From assembly GCF_009914755.1 (NCBI RefSeq), contig NC_060933.1: a DNA stretch of 64,000 nucleotides; one strand, given 5' to 3'. The position numbers were made by a program, and so were the translations under genes. Shown piece after piece: positions 27,160-39,980 of this stretch; the stretch's first letter is position 1, and each line of letters opens with the position of its first letter. Origin of the DNA: the human T2T-CHM13v2.0 reference genome, Homo sapiens. The notes below the pieces were generated by a model. The model was given only the letters and a program-made list of their open reading frames with translations. It was not told the DNA's origin and did not search any database.

Positions 27160-29179
27160 CTGTAGAGATGAAGAGAAAATACATACAAGGCGCTTAAATA
27201 TGCAGAAAATTTTGGAAGTTTTCATAAACTTAAACTAAAGCATTTCACCATGCCTAAATGATGCACATCTCTTCACCTCTCAAAACTTTCTGGCTGTTTG
27301 AGACATTTTGTGTTCACATGCATAGACATGTACTAAAATGAAGTACATAATGCTTTTAAGTTTAAGGTATGCAATCAGTTCAACACTAGAAAATACATAC
27401 TGGAGAAAACAATCTAGAAAACAATGCTTTTACCTGAAATGGCCATGAATTTGAGGCAAAGCAAAGGCTTTTGTGGGCTTGGTCTTTATTAATGATTGCT
27501 TCTATTTTCCACTTTAAATTCTGAACATCCTCATTTTCGGCTACTGGTGATTTGGAATCATAAGAGACTATTTTCTAATCCTTTAATGTTTTAAAGTTAA
27601 AAAAAGAATTTTGCTAAAGGATTCTAAAAGGAGTTCACTTAGAGAAAATTAGCTAGTCACATTGTTTCATTGGCTTTTTAAAAGCATATGGTTTTATTCT
27701 CCTTTTCAAAAGATTACCTGGTAATTTCGTTGTCTTCAGACAAAATCAGGAACAAGATTTCTTAATGGTAACTATGAGAAATAGACATGCAACTAAAGAA
27801 ACAGTAAGCACTAAAAAATATGAAATTTTGTCTGTGTGTACTATAAAATAGAAATACTTAAAAGCATCAGTATGTCATTTAAAACATCTCAGTTTCAACT
27901 TTCATGTCACTGAATTTGTCTTTTCTTGAGGAGCCAGCTTTCACATTTCTAATTATTTGAAATATGAAAACAATCATAAATACAGTCTTGGATAGTATAT
28001 AACTTTCTGTTAGACTTATGACAAGATGGACTAGTTTATTCTATTTTGAATCAGAGGTAGCTAACACAGGGAGTAAAGGAAGGTGACATATGTGCTGGAT
28101 TATAACATATATCCTAATTCAGACATCCCTTCTTACTGGATATCTAAAGATAAGTTATTAATAGTTCAACCCCGAGGGAGAATGTAATGAAACACTCCTC
28201 CAAGGTTTAAATTAGCTACTATGCTAAATGCAAATTACTTATTTATTAAAAATTCCCCGGTGATCACTAGCATAGCTTAAAATTCTATCAGAGTAATAAA
28301 ATGTATATTACTATATATCCCTAAATGCCTGAATATAATTCATTCTATATTCTGTGATTTATTATTTAGACAAAATATACTTCCCTGGTCTCCTCTATAC
28401 TTCCATTGGACAATTTGTCACTTTTTAAATAGTCATTTTTAAGTGTCTGCCTTCCATCAAGGGCTGTGTATGGTTTTCCAGTCTATCTTCAGTGTCCAAC
28501 AGCCCTCAAGCAATTTTAGCCTCAGTAAAAAATTCTTGAATAACTAACTTAATTGAATCAAAGATCTATAATCCATCAGCTACTCATGGATAAGATCTAT
28601 AACGTTCTGCAAATGAATACTCTATGACACTTGTGATTTCCTACAAAATGGGGAAGAGGATAAGCCGTCTTGTTTGCCCATTCATGCCAGTATAATTTTC
28701 CATACAAGAAAACAGCATTATTTCCATACAAGAAAATTATCCTGTATAGTTAGAAGCATTCAAAGGAATTGTAGTACTAGCCTGAAATTGATGGTAAAAC
28801 ACATGGGCATGCCTAAATAAAGGGAAAAGGGGCCCAAAGCTGTTCAGATGAAGAGACTAGATGTGCAAAAATACATATATGGGGAAATGAGAAAGATGGA
28901 AGAAGTATCAAGAAACCCTATCAGATTACAGAAACAAGATTAACTGAATACAGATGAAGACCATAAAATTCATTGTATTATCTTTTGGGAAAAAACATTA
29001 GGCTCTTAGATCAACTTGAGGAAAAATAAATTCAGACGAAAGTGCTGATTTGCCCAATGTCTCTTAGAGTGAATCAACACTCTAGCTATCAGAAATACAT
29101 TTTACAGAATCCCATAATTATTCTTAGAGTGTTTCCATTTATGCCCTTACAGCTTAGTATTTTTCTTCTCAAGGGATGG

Positions 29180-29870
29180 CTGGGAAAGAACTTAATCAAC
29201 TTGTCCCGAACTCAGCTCACTGTCATCTCTAGCTTTATGCTGCTCTCACCCCAAAGTTCTGAAGCTTGCTCATGCACACTGTCCCCCAGCCCTATCTCTC
29301 ACACACTTTCCTTCTTCTGTTAATGACACAAATAATCCCTAGGTACCCTTTTGTATCACTTTGTTCTATACAAGTATAAAAAAGCTTTCCCTGTTCTCTT
29401 TGCCCCCTACCTCTGCCTAATTAAAATTTAATTTTCACCTTGTCATCATAATCTTCCTCAGATTCTGTCTACAGCCCTCCTCAGAATACTTTAGTGATCC
29501 TCTATTGTCAGACTGCTTAACATGGCACTGGAGGTGGTTCACGATCTTGCTCCAACATGCTTTTCCAGTCTTTTGCTCTACCATTCCCTCAGTTTACCCT
29601 TTGTTCCAGCCTCATTCTACTGCCTCAAACACCATGCTGTTTTTTGCAGCATGCTTTTATTCACACTGTTCTTTAGACTAGAGTTCCACTATTTTCTTCT
29701 ATTTTTACTTCAAATTCTAGCTTACTGCGTCATCTCCTCATGAAGATTTGACTAGTTGCTCCAATTGAATTTAATCTCTTTTTTCTTCTTTCCAACATAA
29801 CATGTTAGTATCCTACTGATAAATTACTTATGTTCTGCTTTGTGTTAATGTTAGATATCTACATATCAGC
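29180..29870 (+). mobile_element. L2 fragments
   Basis: Degenerate L2-like pyrimidine-rich sequence ('catggcactggagg...gatcttgctcc'). Confidence 0.45.
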
Positions 29871-30569
29871 CCATAAAATTCCAAACAAAAAACTAAAGAT
29901 ATTGCGATACCTGCCGTAGACTTTTAAATCAGTCTTTCAAAACCTGCATCAGATTTATTCACTTGGGAATTCTGCCTTCTCTCTGCCTAAAGATTGTATT
30001 ACCACCTTAGATTTTGTACCTGTAAACTAAGGGAACACAGATTTCATTTTGGCAGAGATCCAGAATTTCACCCTTCTACAATGTAATTTCATTAAAAATA
30101 AAATAAAACAACATACAGAATCAATTACATTTTGCTAGGCCTGTGGTCGGACTTTCTAGTTCTCGCCCGAGTCCTCTTATCCTTAGGTCTGTGATAATCT
30201 GTGGTTTCAAGTTCTCAATAATATGCTCTCAATATATTATAGCTTATTTTACTCTCTTTACACACTTTTTTGTAAAAGAATTATTACAGTATGTATGTAC
30301 CATCTAGTTCCATGATCAGAATTTGCATCTAAGCTGTACATAAAACTGCCACTTTAGATTAAAGCCAGTGAATGTTTTGTAAATGAGCATTAACCTGAAG
30401 TAATAACACATGTTTATCTGGCAGCCTGCAGGCAACTGAAGAGATCAGCTGTAGAGGACCCCAAATTACCAGCACTGTTCTGCATTATTCAGTTTTAACC
30501 TTTAAGACAGGAGGACACTGTGAGCCCAACTTGTGTTTGAACTTGTGTTGACATTTATATAATCATGAT

Positions 30570-31200
30570 TAGTAACTTTTGCTTTATCAGAAAAGTGTTT
30601 GTCCAATAATGAGTAAATACTTGAGACATAGTCTGGCAGTTATTGTGGAAAAATGAGAGATGAGTTAGCCATGGCCTCTGCTCTCAGGGGCTTATAATCT
30701 AAGAGGAGAATGTATTCATATCAAGAGCCGCCAGTACAGAATTAAAGACTGTGGAGCAAAATGGCCAAAGCAGCGGTGTTGTCAATAAATGGTGTAGAGG
30801 GGCATAGGCTGAAAGAATGCTTCTTTGAAGGATGGAACTGGATTGGTGGAAAGAAGGAAAAAAAAAGAGTAAAGGGAGGGACAAATCTTTGGAGGTTTGT
30901 AACACAGTAAACAGAGCAGCTCCCAACAGAATGGAGTTGCAGTGGACATAAGTCACAGATAAGGCCTGACATTGAAAATAAAGTCAATTTGTGGCAGATC
31001 CTGATCCCCAGAGAAAGAAGTTTAGGCTGTATTCTGGATATAAAAAGGGAGAGAGACCAGATCAAATGGATGTTTAGGAATACTGATTTTAAAGTATCCC
31101 AAGTAGATTTGAAGTAGACCAACCAGAGTCCAAGAAATTAGCCTTGAGACTAATTTCATAATCCTATCATAAGGTCACAGGCTTTTGAAGGAGAGTGATG
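30570..31200 (-). mobile_element. L2 fragment
   Basis: 'ctcaggggcttataatcta...gatcaaatggatgtttagg'. Confidence 0.5.
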
Positions 31201-34200
31201 TAACAGTGCAGTCTACAAATTATGAATTATGCCATTCTCCCACAAACAGAGGCGTTTCAGCATGAAAAGGGAATTTGGCATAGGTAATGTGATGACCTAG
31301 ATGGTTAGAAGGCCAGGTATTGCCCAGTCTTTTTCTTCCCCTTAGCTACAGATAATTTATTCATAGGGCCTACCTCAAATACATTTTTTTTCTGTTTTAA
31401 TTATAGGAGCTTTACATTGGGCATTTGCCTTCCAGCTAACTGTGTGACCAAACGTTTTTGTATAATCACTGTTCCTATAGTTATATTAATGGTTATATGG
31501 AGAAGTCTAGGCTAATGAATGTTTGTTATAATAATTATAAAATTTACATTAGGCTTGTTTAATGTTCTATAATGGTGACAATATTATTTTCCATTTGTTT
31601 TTTGCCTTTAGCCAGCTTAGAGGAAAAGAGATGATACTATAAAAGTAAAATATTCTTGGGTTCTATGTAACCATTATATATTAACTCAATTCTAATTATG
31701 AATTTTGGACTTAGGTGACTTTTGAATAATATATATGTAAAGTAGACATCAACCTTCTGTTTGAAATATTGATTGGAAATTATAAATGCCTATGCATACT
31801 CTTGGACTCCAAGTACTTTCTATATGGGGAAGCAATCAATAGAAATGTTGAGGCAACTTAGAAATGGATTTTTACACTTCAGATTTTAGATATGCCACAT
31901 TTTAAGAAATGCATCATTTTACCTTTGATAAACAAGTAGCCATTTCCTGGATTCAACTGGTGTCCAAGAATTAGTCATAATTGTGAAAAAAATTGCCTTT
32001 CCAGAGTAAAAGTTATTATGTCTTAATGTATTGTGTATAAATCTACAGTTCTAAATAAATAAGCATAATTTTCTCAAAATATTTCTGGCTTGGATAAAGC
32101 TAGTTTTGACTAGTGGCAAAATAAAGCCCTATTTGCCTTATCTGCTGATATGAGATTTTGGAGTCTGTGGGCTAAAGTGGGGAGCCCCTGACTCCTTGCA
32201 AAAGATACTCAGAGTGCCTTAAATTAATATTATCTCGGCAGGGCAGCAACTGGGCCAGCAGCCCTAGAGTCTGTAAAGGAAGGCAATACTTTCTTGGTGG
32301 GAGAGAGATTTTAAGAGATCACATTTTCAATGCACAAAGAATTTCTTTTAAGATTTTCCAAACGAGAGGGAGGGTGATGAGAGTCCCCATTTAATGTCAT
32401 CCATGTGAATTTTCAAACTTGAGAACTGAGTCACAGCATAGGCTGCATGGGTGGTGGTGTGAACCTGTGGAGACTGGTGTGTGCTGTAAATGTGTCAACC
32501 TTTTCTCAGCTTAGGAACCTACCAAAGTACTAAAGGCCGCTGGGAGTCAGGGAGTATGAGATCGGAGATGAATAATGAGGAGGAGAGACTGAACAAAAGT
32601 CAGGTGGGGTGTTAAACATTTAAAAGAATCAAAGCTGGATCTCTGGCAACTGCTTTGCACCCTAACCCTGAGGCAGGAAAGCAAAATGTTGAGACTCAAA
32701 GTTAGAAAATGTAAAAGGAAATTAAGGAGGAAATAACAAAGGGAAAGAAAATTTTTAACTGTCATCAAATGAATGAAAACAAAATGACAGAATGACGAAA
32801 ACAAAAAATAGGAGAAATAAAATTTTCCTTTCATTTGCTTTAAATGATAGTCTGACTTTAGTAATGTGAGTATATACTCTTTTTTCTTGTTGTTTGCAAA
32901 ACCCCATCAGCCTTTTCAATTGTGTCAGGGAAAGAGAAAAGATGCCACAGCATTTGTTTTGAGCCACTCCATCACTGTGTCCTAGAGATGATAACAAAAC
33001 TTGTCAGCAACTTCTGTACATCATATATTTTCTGTATCAGAGTTAAGATGTAGAAGCGATAGAAAGTTCTGCCCATTTTTAGCAGTATCAAGACCTAGTA
33101 ATAGAATTGCTCGCATGTAAGCCCTCTTCCTTCTAAAAGAATGCCAAATATAAAGCATAATTCAGTAGTTATTTGTATTCCTTTGACATCTAAAAAAGTA
33201 TCGATAGAGCAGTGGAAATAGTCAGTGGAAATGGGACCAGGGTTGGGGGAGGGAACGGTTCAGGCAAAGTTTTTAGAGATGTGAGATTTGTGCAAATTCC
33301 CCAGTGAACAAATTTCCATTAGTAAGTCAAACGTTACAATGAATCAGGTAGAGATAATATCAGAAAACCCAATATTAGCAACACTTCACATCCTTCTCAA
33401 GCAATGCTTCTAAGTTTGTGGATACTTTTGCTATATACATCTATACACCCAAAACATGTCAGCGTCAGGAAAACCAGTATTACACAGATTTACTTTTCTG
33501 ATTTATTGGATTCTAAGTAAGGGTTTGTGAAGCAATCCTTGCTCAAATTCTTTTGAACATGGTTCTATGTTGTCACTTACACTTTGTAAACATATAATAT
33601 ATCCCCTGGCTATAGTTATAATAGCATCATGATAAATCAAACCAAAGTGCACCCCCCCACACCACCATCCCAAGCCAGATAATTGCTATTTTCAGATATC
33701 TCTGTTTGATGTCTGTATTTCTGTGAGATTTATTTTATGCTGATTTGCAACATATCATCCTATAGATTATCCATGCCATTTCAGAGTCATTACCTTTACT
33801 TTGGGTTGGTCTTCAAATGAGTTATTTTTCATATTCTCTAAGAGTGTTTCCCTCATTCTGGCAAGTATGTAGTGACAAATTCAATAGGTTAAAGTCCCTG
33901 TTACAAAGTTATATAAAGAGTTGTACTGAGAGCCCTTATGAAATGGGGACAATACCCTCTCTTAGGACATGTGTTCTTTACTTTAGAATTGTTAATTCCA
34001 TTTTCTTACAGTCAGGCAGGTGCCAGAAAACAAAACAACTTGCCAAGACAGCAGTCCTCAGAGATGAGCATTCTAAATATTAGTAAATGATTATCTCCCA
34101 CTATTAAAATCAATGATTGGTTCTGTCACTGGTTTGTAGCCATCATCATGTTTCTGCTTAGCTCTGGCACTTTCTGAAAGGAAAGTTTCTGATGTGGCTG

Positions 34201-34589
34201 AGTGCTAGTTTCTGGAAGAAACTGGAAGCTCTATTGTGAAGTAACTGGAAGGTGGTTGCTGCATTGAAGTTATAAGGCTCACTCACCTAAAACTTTTAGA
34301 CCCTTGCTGCTGGTCAACAGACATTTTGGTAGCATCAGCAAAAGCTGAAAGACTGTTAAGAACACAGAATCTCAGACTTCAGCCTAGATCTATTCTTTCA
34401 ACCACAGTAAGGAATGAATGATAAAAATGCAGTAATAGGTGTGAAAACAGTTGTTAGAGCTAATTGGGAAAGGGGGATAATACCCTCTTCTCTTAGGATA
34501 TGTGTTATTTACTTCAGATTTTTTTCTTGATTAGGTTTTCTTGAGTGAGATTCTAGTACTACTGGTTTTGATATTTAAGGAAAAAAGGA

Positions 34590-35110
34590 TATCATGTGGG
34601 AAAGCATCAGATCCAAGATAAAAAGATTTAGAATCCAGTTTATTCTACTTTTGCATTTTAAGAGCTATGTGACCTTAAGTCAGTCATGATCTCTGAGCTC
34701 GGGCTCCTCAGCTTTGAAATGGGACTCTGCTAACATCTTTTCTAGCTCCTCTCAGTGGTTAATGATGCACCTCAAATGAGAGAAATATATGAAATCAGTT
34801 TTGAGCTGTGATAAGCAATATAAATATAACTTACATTGAGAACAGAATGATCATATAATTCTAGGAGTCATCTTGGGAAAGAGAATCAAGGAGAGAAAGG
34901 ACTAAGTAGTTAATAAGTGCCAGCCACATTCCACAAATTACCTCACTTAATTCTCACAGCCACTTTCCAAGGTAGTCATTCTCATTCCCAATTCACAGAC
35001 AGAGGAACTGAAGCTCCAGGGGATGAGAAGCTTGGCCAAGGTCATATAATTAAATACATAGAATAGCTGGAAATTGAAGCCAGGTTTAGCTTGTTCAGTC
35101 ACTGCACCTT
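34590..35110. mobile_element. Two MIR elements (about 34590-34830 plus, about 34900-35110 minus)
   Basis: 'gctatgtgaccttaagtcag...ctctgagctc'; 'cacagacagaggaactgaagctc...ccaaggtca'. Confidence 0.65.
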
Positions 35111-35149
35111 GCAGCCAGTCAGCTATTTTTTTCACCTGCTTCCAAGCCC

Positions 35150-35740
35150 AAAGCAAACAAAATATTGCTTCAGTTGGAAGGAAGTTAAAAACATTTCCCA
35201 AGTGAAAGCAGCATCACAGCACAATCAGCTTTGCGTTGAACATAAGTCCTTTCCTGTTTTAAGCACCTCTCAGTGATCTTCCTCAAAATCCGCCAGCCGA
35301 TCTGGCCCCAGCCTGTACTTCAGTTTCATCTCATCCATTCTCTCCCTTATTCACTTTACTCCAGCCAGATTAGCCTTTGGATAGTTCTTTGAGCATAACA
35401 TGCTCTTGTCCTCGGGGTCTTTGCATGTGGTAAGACCTCTGGATCTTTGTTCTTCCCTACTCTTGGCCACCTTATTCTCTACATCCCTCAGGCTTACCTT
35501 TAAAGCACCTTCCCAAAAATCCTCATCAAAAGCTCTTCTACTCATATCCTCTCAGCTTTCAGTTATTTTGCTTTAAACATTTATCCTAATTTCTGATTAA
35601 AGCATTCTCTTATTTTCTGCCCCACACTATTCCACACACCTTCCAGGAACAGAGGCTGCATGAGACGTGAATCATATTAGCCCTCTTATATCATGAGAAC
35701 TAGCATAGGGCACTCATTCAAGGCCTTGTTAAATAAGAGG
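35150..35740 (+). mobile_element. L2 3' region
   Basis: 'gatctggcccc...gggtctttgcatgtg...tagcatagggcactca'. Confidence 0.55.
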
Positions 35741-36329
35741 AAGGGAAATATGGGAGAAACGAAAAGCAAAAGGGAGAAACAAGCAAAGGGGACAAAGGAG
35801 GTATTTGGAAGTTCATGTAGCTGAATTTGTTTGTTGTAAGAATTTAAAGAGATAATCATGGGGGAAAAGAAGCACTTCAAATCGTGCCTGGGACGTATTA
35901 TTCAATGATTCATAACTCTTCTCCATTGAAAATATCTCTTTAACCCAGAAGGGTTAAACAAAACCAGAAATCTAGGAAAGCAATCTCCTACTCTAACCAA
36001 AATCGATTCCATAGGAGTTGAAGAAATGTAGTTCACACAGACATTTCACATCCATGTCAAAGTCCTCTGCCTCATAGCCTCTCCTAGCCCAAACGTCACA
36101 TTTTCAGTCAAAGCAGAAAACCTATTTCCTTTCAATTTCCCTATTGTTCTCTTTTTCTAAGTTGGCTGCAAACTTTCTCTTATTGGCCTGGGAACAGCTG
36201 AGCAGCAGCTGGAAAGACCATGGTAATCAGCAATGGGCAAATGAAAGTCAGGATGAAGAAGGATACAAGAGGATTCTGGCAAGTCAGTGTCCCAGAGTAG
36301 TGGAATTGACCTTAGACAAGTCTCTTGCT

Positions 36330-36550
36330 AGTGTGTTAGCTCAAACTGCCAGCATTGGCAGTGTAGCTTTGTCACTTACTTGCTGTGTAACTTTAGTAAG
36401 TTACATAGCCGCTCTGTTCCTCAGTTCCCTGAACTGTGAAACAGGAATAGTAACCTCCTCATAGGGTTATTATGAGGAGTAAATAAAATCATTGTCAAGA
36501 ACTTAAACAGTCATGGCAGAGTAAGCACAATAAATTTTACCTATAATTAT
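36330..36550 (+). mobile_element. MIR
   Basis: 'cacttacttgctgtgtaactttagtaagttac...cctcagttccct...atagggtt'. Confidence 0.75.
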
Positions 36551-36554
36551 TTAT

Positions 36555-36596
36555 TGTGTGTGTGTGTGCGTGTGTGTGTGTGTGTGTGTATGTATG
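36555..36596. repeat. (TG)7CG(TG)9 microsatellite with TATG extension
   Basis: Read directly. Confidence 0.95.
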
Positions 36597-37039
36597 AGTA
36601 AAATGTCATTAGCTGATGAAGGTCTTTTGTAGCATGAACAAACCATGGTTTAATAAGTGAAGCTTACTAATTAAGTTAAACATTTTGGCGTTTGAATTCT
36701 GTCTGAGAATGCTTGTCTTCTTGAATTTCCTATTTCCCTTTTATAAAAAAAAAAAAAGAAAAAAGAAAAGGTAAAACAACAGTATTGTGAAGAGAGAATG
36801 GCAAACAAAGTTACCGAATCCTGTAGGAGAAAATTTTTGATCCCTGAAATCTTGGAAGACCCTTGGAACTTCACTCTGATGCAATCTTTGTCAGATGGGA
36901 CATGACTGTACAAAAAAGAGTGACAGAAAAGCTAGGAGAAGACGTGAGGCATACTTGTAGGAAACAGGTCTAGGAAAGGTTGGGTAAAAGGGAAAATTCT
37001 GGAAAAACTGGAAAGGATTCAGAAAAATAGGACTAGGAT

Positions 37040-37215
37040 CACTAACGTTAAATCATTTCCCATGTCCAGGCATTATTTCAAGGGCTTTGTACGCATTAAG
37101 TTCGTTTAATACTTTCATCGACCTTAGAAAATACGTGCCTTTATCATCCCCATTTTAAACATAAGAAAACCGAGGCAGAGAGAAGTAATGTAGCTTGCCC
37201 AATGATCACATAACT
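37040..37215 (-). mobile_element. MIR
   Basis: 'catccccattttaaacataagaaaaccgaggcagagag'. Confidence 0.75.
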
Positions 37216-39838
37216 TTCAAAGAATCTCTTCATTTAAAGGCTCAATAAAATGGAAAATGTGGGGTTCATTTAGAGTTGGAAAGAGGAGTAATGAGGATAA
37301 GGATGGGATATGAGTTCATATTAGTGAATTTATAGCGATGTTTTTGAGGTTTTAAATTCCAAAAGCTTTTGTATAATTTTAGAAAGCATTTCTTAAACTC
37401 TGATCTCTCTTTAATCTACCCCAACAAAGAAATAATCAGACTGTACTAGAAAATAAGTCATAAAAACATATGCATCAATAAATTCTTTTGTTTGGGTGAA
37501 AAGCAGTCCCAAGCTTGAGAGTATGTAGCTTTTCTATCGTAGTTGTAATATTTTTTTTTTTACTCAACCCTGTCTGTTCTCTCCAACTTGTCCTAACAAC
37601 CAATATACTTCTAGCTATAATAATAATAAAAAAGGACATTAGAATAGTAACAGAAAAATAACACAAGACTTTAGGGGCTGGTAATAGAAGATAATTCCTC
37701 AGACACTATAAACTCCTTGCTTACTTGGTTTGTAACCAGGGAACTTTTTATAGTTAATAACCATCATTTTTTTTTTAACTCCTCTTGCAAGAGCAAATTC
37801 AATCCAATTCTTCACTGGGACATAGTAAACAAAAAATGCGAAGGCATTTGAAAAAGTTCACCCATTTAGATTTAATTACATACATAACTGGCGTCCTCCC
37901 AAGTGTGAAAACGCTGTAACCAATAAATTAAACAATAAAATGCTATCTGAGCAGAACAGATTTATATAGAAGATGCACGAGAAATCAAAATTCACTGACT
38001 TGTTTGGAGTATTTTTACCCAGAAAAGTTCTTAAACACAGAGCAAAACGCCTGCTCTTTGAGTCTTGCCTTCTTTTGGACACTTAGGTCAGTCACTTTCC
38101 CTAGAGGGGAGTTGTTGCACAGTGACTTCGAAGTGAATAGGTTTCAATCTCAAAATCATCTCTCTGTGTTAAGGGTTCATTAGGTCTGTGCTTGTATGTT
38201 AGATTTTTAGGACCATCTCATTTGTCTAGTACCGCTTCTTACATGCTTAGTTAATGACTACTAAGTGAAGCTTAATTTAGCAGGAAGGTTATTTACATTA
38301 GAGCTTCCTTGAAATACACACACAAGGAAGACTTTGCAAACTTCTGCAAAGCCAAAGGAGTGGGGAGACAGGGGCATCCAGACTACCAAAATATCTTCCT
38401 AGGTAGTATTATTAAAAAAAAAATCCCATTAATAATAGTAATACAATAATCTGAGCATTGTCGACAATTTTGAGCTTCATGAAATGTATTTTTAAATGTA
38501 CCCACTTTCAATTGAAATTTCTTGTGAATGACAAACTTGGAATAAGAAAATGAGGGAGACTGGACTCTTGCAACCTTTTGGACATACCTTTGCCAAATGT
38601 AAATTGTTTGACGGTATGGATTTACTGCATTTTTCATGCTACCATTTGTAGTAAAACTAAATGGAAAAAATCTTTCCTCTTTAACAAAACCTCGTGATAA
38701 CAATACCTTAAAATACACTTCATAGCTGCTGGTCAACCATGTTAAAGGCACAATCTGATCTCTGCTGCTACTTTCCTGAGGAAAAGAGCCAATCAGCTGA
38801 GCAACTTCCTCATTTGTTGTGCTTTATGAAAATGAAAATGCAACAGACCTTGGGATTTCAAAGCCATCCATGGTTACAAGTGAGGAAATAAATATATAAC
38901 AGTGGGGACTTTTACTTTATCATTAAATTATAATGCCCTTTGTTTTTCTGTTGGCTAATTCAGACAGCAAAATGGCTCTCTCTTGATTTGCAAGAGTTAA
39001 TTTCTTACCATACTTTCTGCATCACACCATAAAGATAACTTCAAGTAATTTTGGTTAGATTGTGTTTTATTCATTTGTTTGTTTTGGAGTTCTAGGATCT
39101 GACAGGAAAGCAGTGTGAAACAGGCAAAGTTCAGAGTTACTCTCAGAACGACTCAAGCAGGATCCATTTCCTAGTTCCCCCCAGCTGCGGATTTTAAAGT
39201 CTGGATCTAGCTCCTGCTCTTGTTTCTCTAAATATTTATCAGTTAACAATTACACATCTGCTCCAATGGCAACAAACTTGGCTGAAGAAATAATGCTTTT
39301 CTTCCTCCCACCAAAATATGCAAAATAATGCAAGTCCATCTGAAGATTTTCGAATCCAATTATCAGACTTAAGTCCCCCTATTTTAACACTCATTTTATT
39401 AAACATATTGGAAAGTTATGTTATTTCAGTATGCTCTCTTTCTCCTTGTTTGCTTTCTATTGTTCCTACTCGTTTGGTTCTTTCCAGTAAGCTTCTCTAG
39501 TGAGTATTTTGCTCTCTTATCATACATGCCGGCTATAGTGAAGTTAATAGAAGTGCTTAGTAAAGTCCTCTGAATCCTGGTATAAGAATCCTTTCACACA
39601 GAAGAGAATTCCTTTCGCTTGGAAATATTTTAAGAAATAAATTTATGAAAGATTGTCTGATATGATTTAGATCATATTTGATCAGGACACTAAACTGAGA
39701 CCTGCATTTTGCATGCCTTTTATTTTTATATTTGCAAAGGGCTCTTTACACAAGTTTACTTAAATTGACCTTTAATGCTTTACATAAATGCAGTTTTTGC
39801 AAACCCGAGTCAAAGCAGAAAATAGAAGTTTTACTCAC

Positions 39839-39904
39839 CTTAGTATATTGAATCTTCAAATCGGTGAGTAGGACAGGTAAGTCTGGCGTGCCTGAGGATG
39901 ACAT
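39839..39904 (-). CDS. ALDH1A1: ALDH1A1 exon 1 coding part (M1-K22)
   Basis: ATG at 39904 (context GAA ATG T); encodes MSSSGTPDLPVLLTDLKIQYTK; donor AAG|GTGAGT. Confidence 0.99.
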
Positions 39905-39957
39905 TTCTGATTCGGCTCCTGGAACACAGGTGACTGGCTCAGCAATTTGGTTCTGAT
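39905..39957 (-). other. ALDH1A1: 5'UTR of exon 1 (about 53 nt; TSS approximate)
   Basis: TSS placed about 30 nt downstream of the ATAAA box, consistent with the short 5'UTR I recall for this gene. It is not directly observable in DNA. Confidence 0.7.
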
Positions 39958-39980
39958 AGAGCACTTGGCTTTATTTGTTC

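Noticed and set aside
39905-39964. In-frame 20-aa N-terminal extension of ALDH1A1 from a GTG
   Set aside because: The GTG lies upstream of the likely TSS, and there is no strong in-frame near-cognate start within the UTR.
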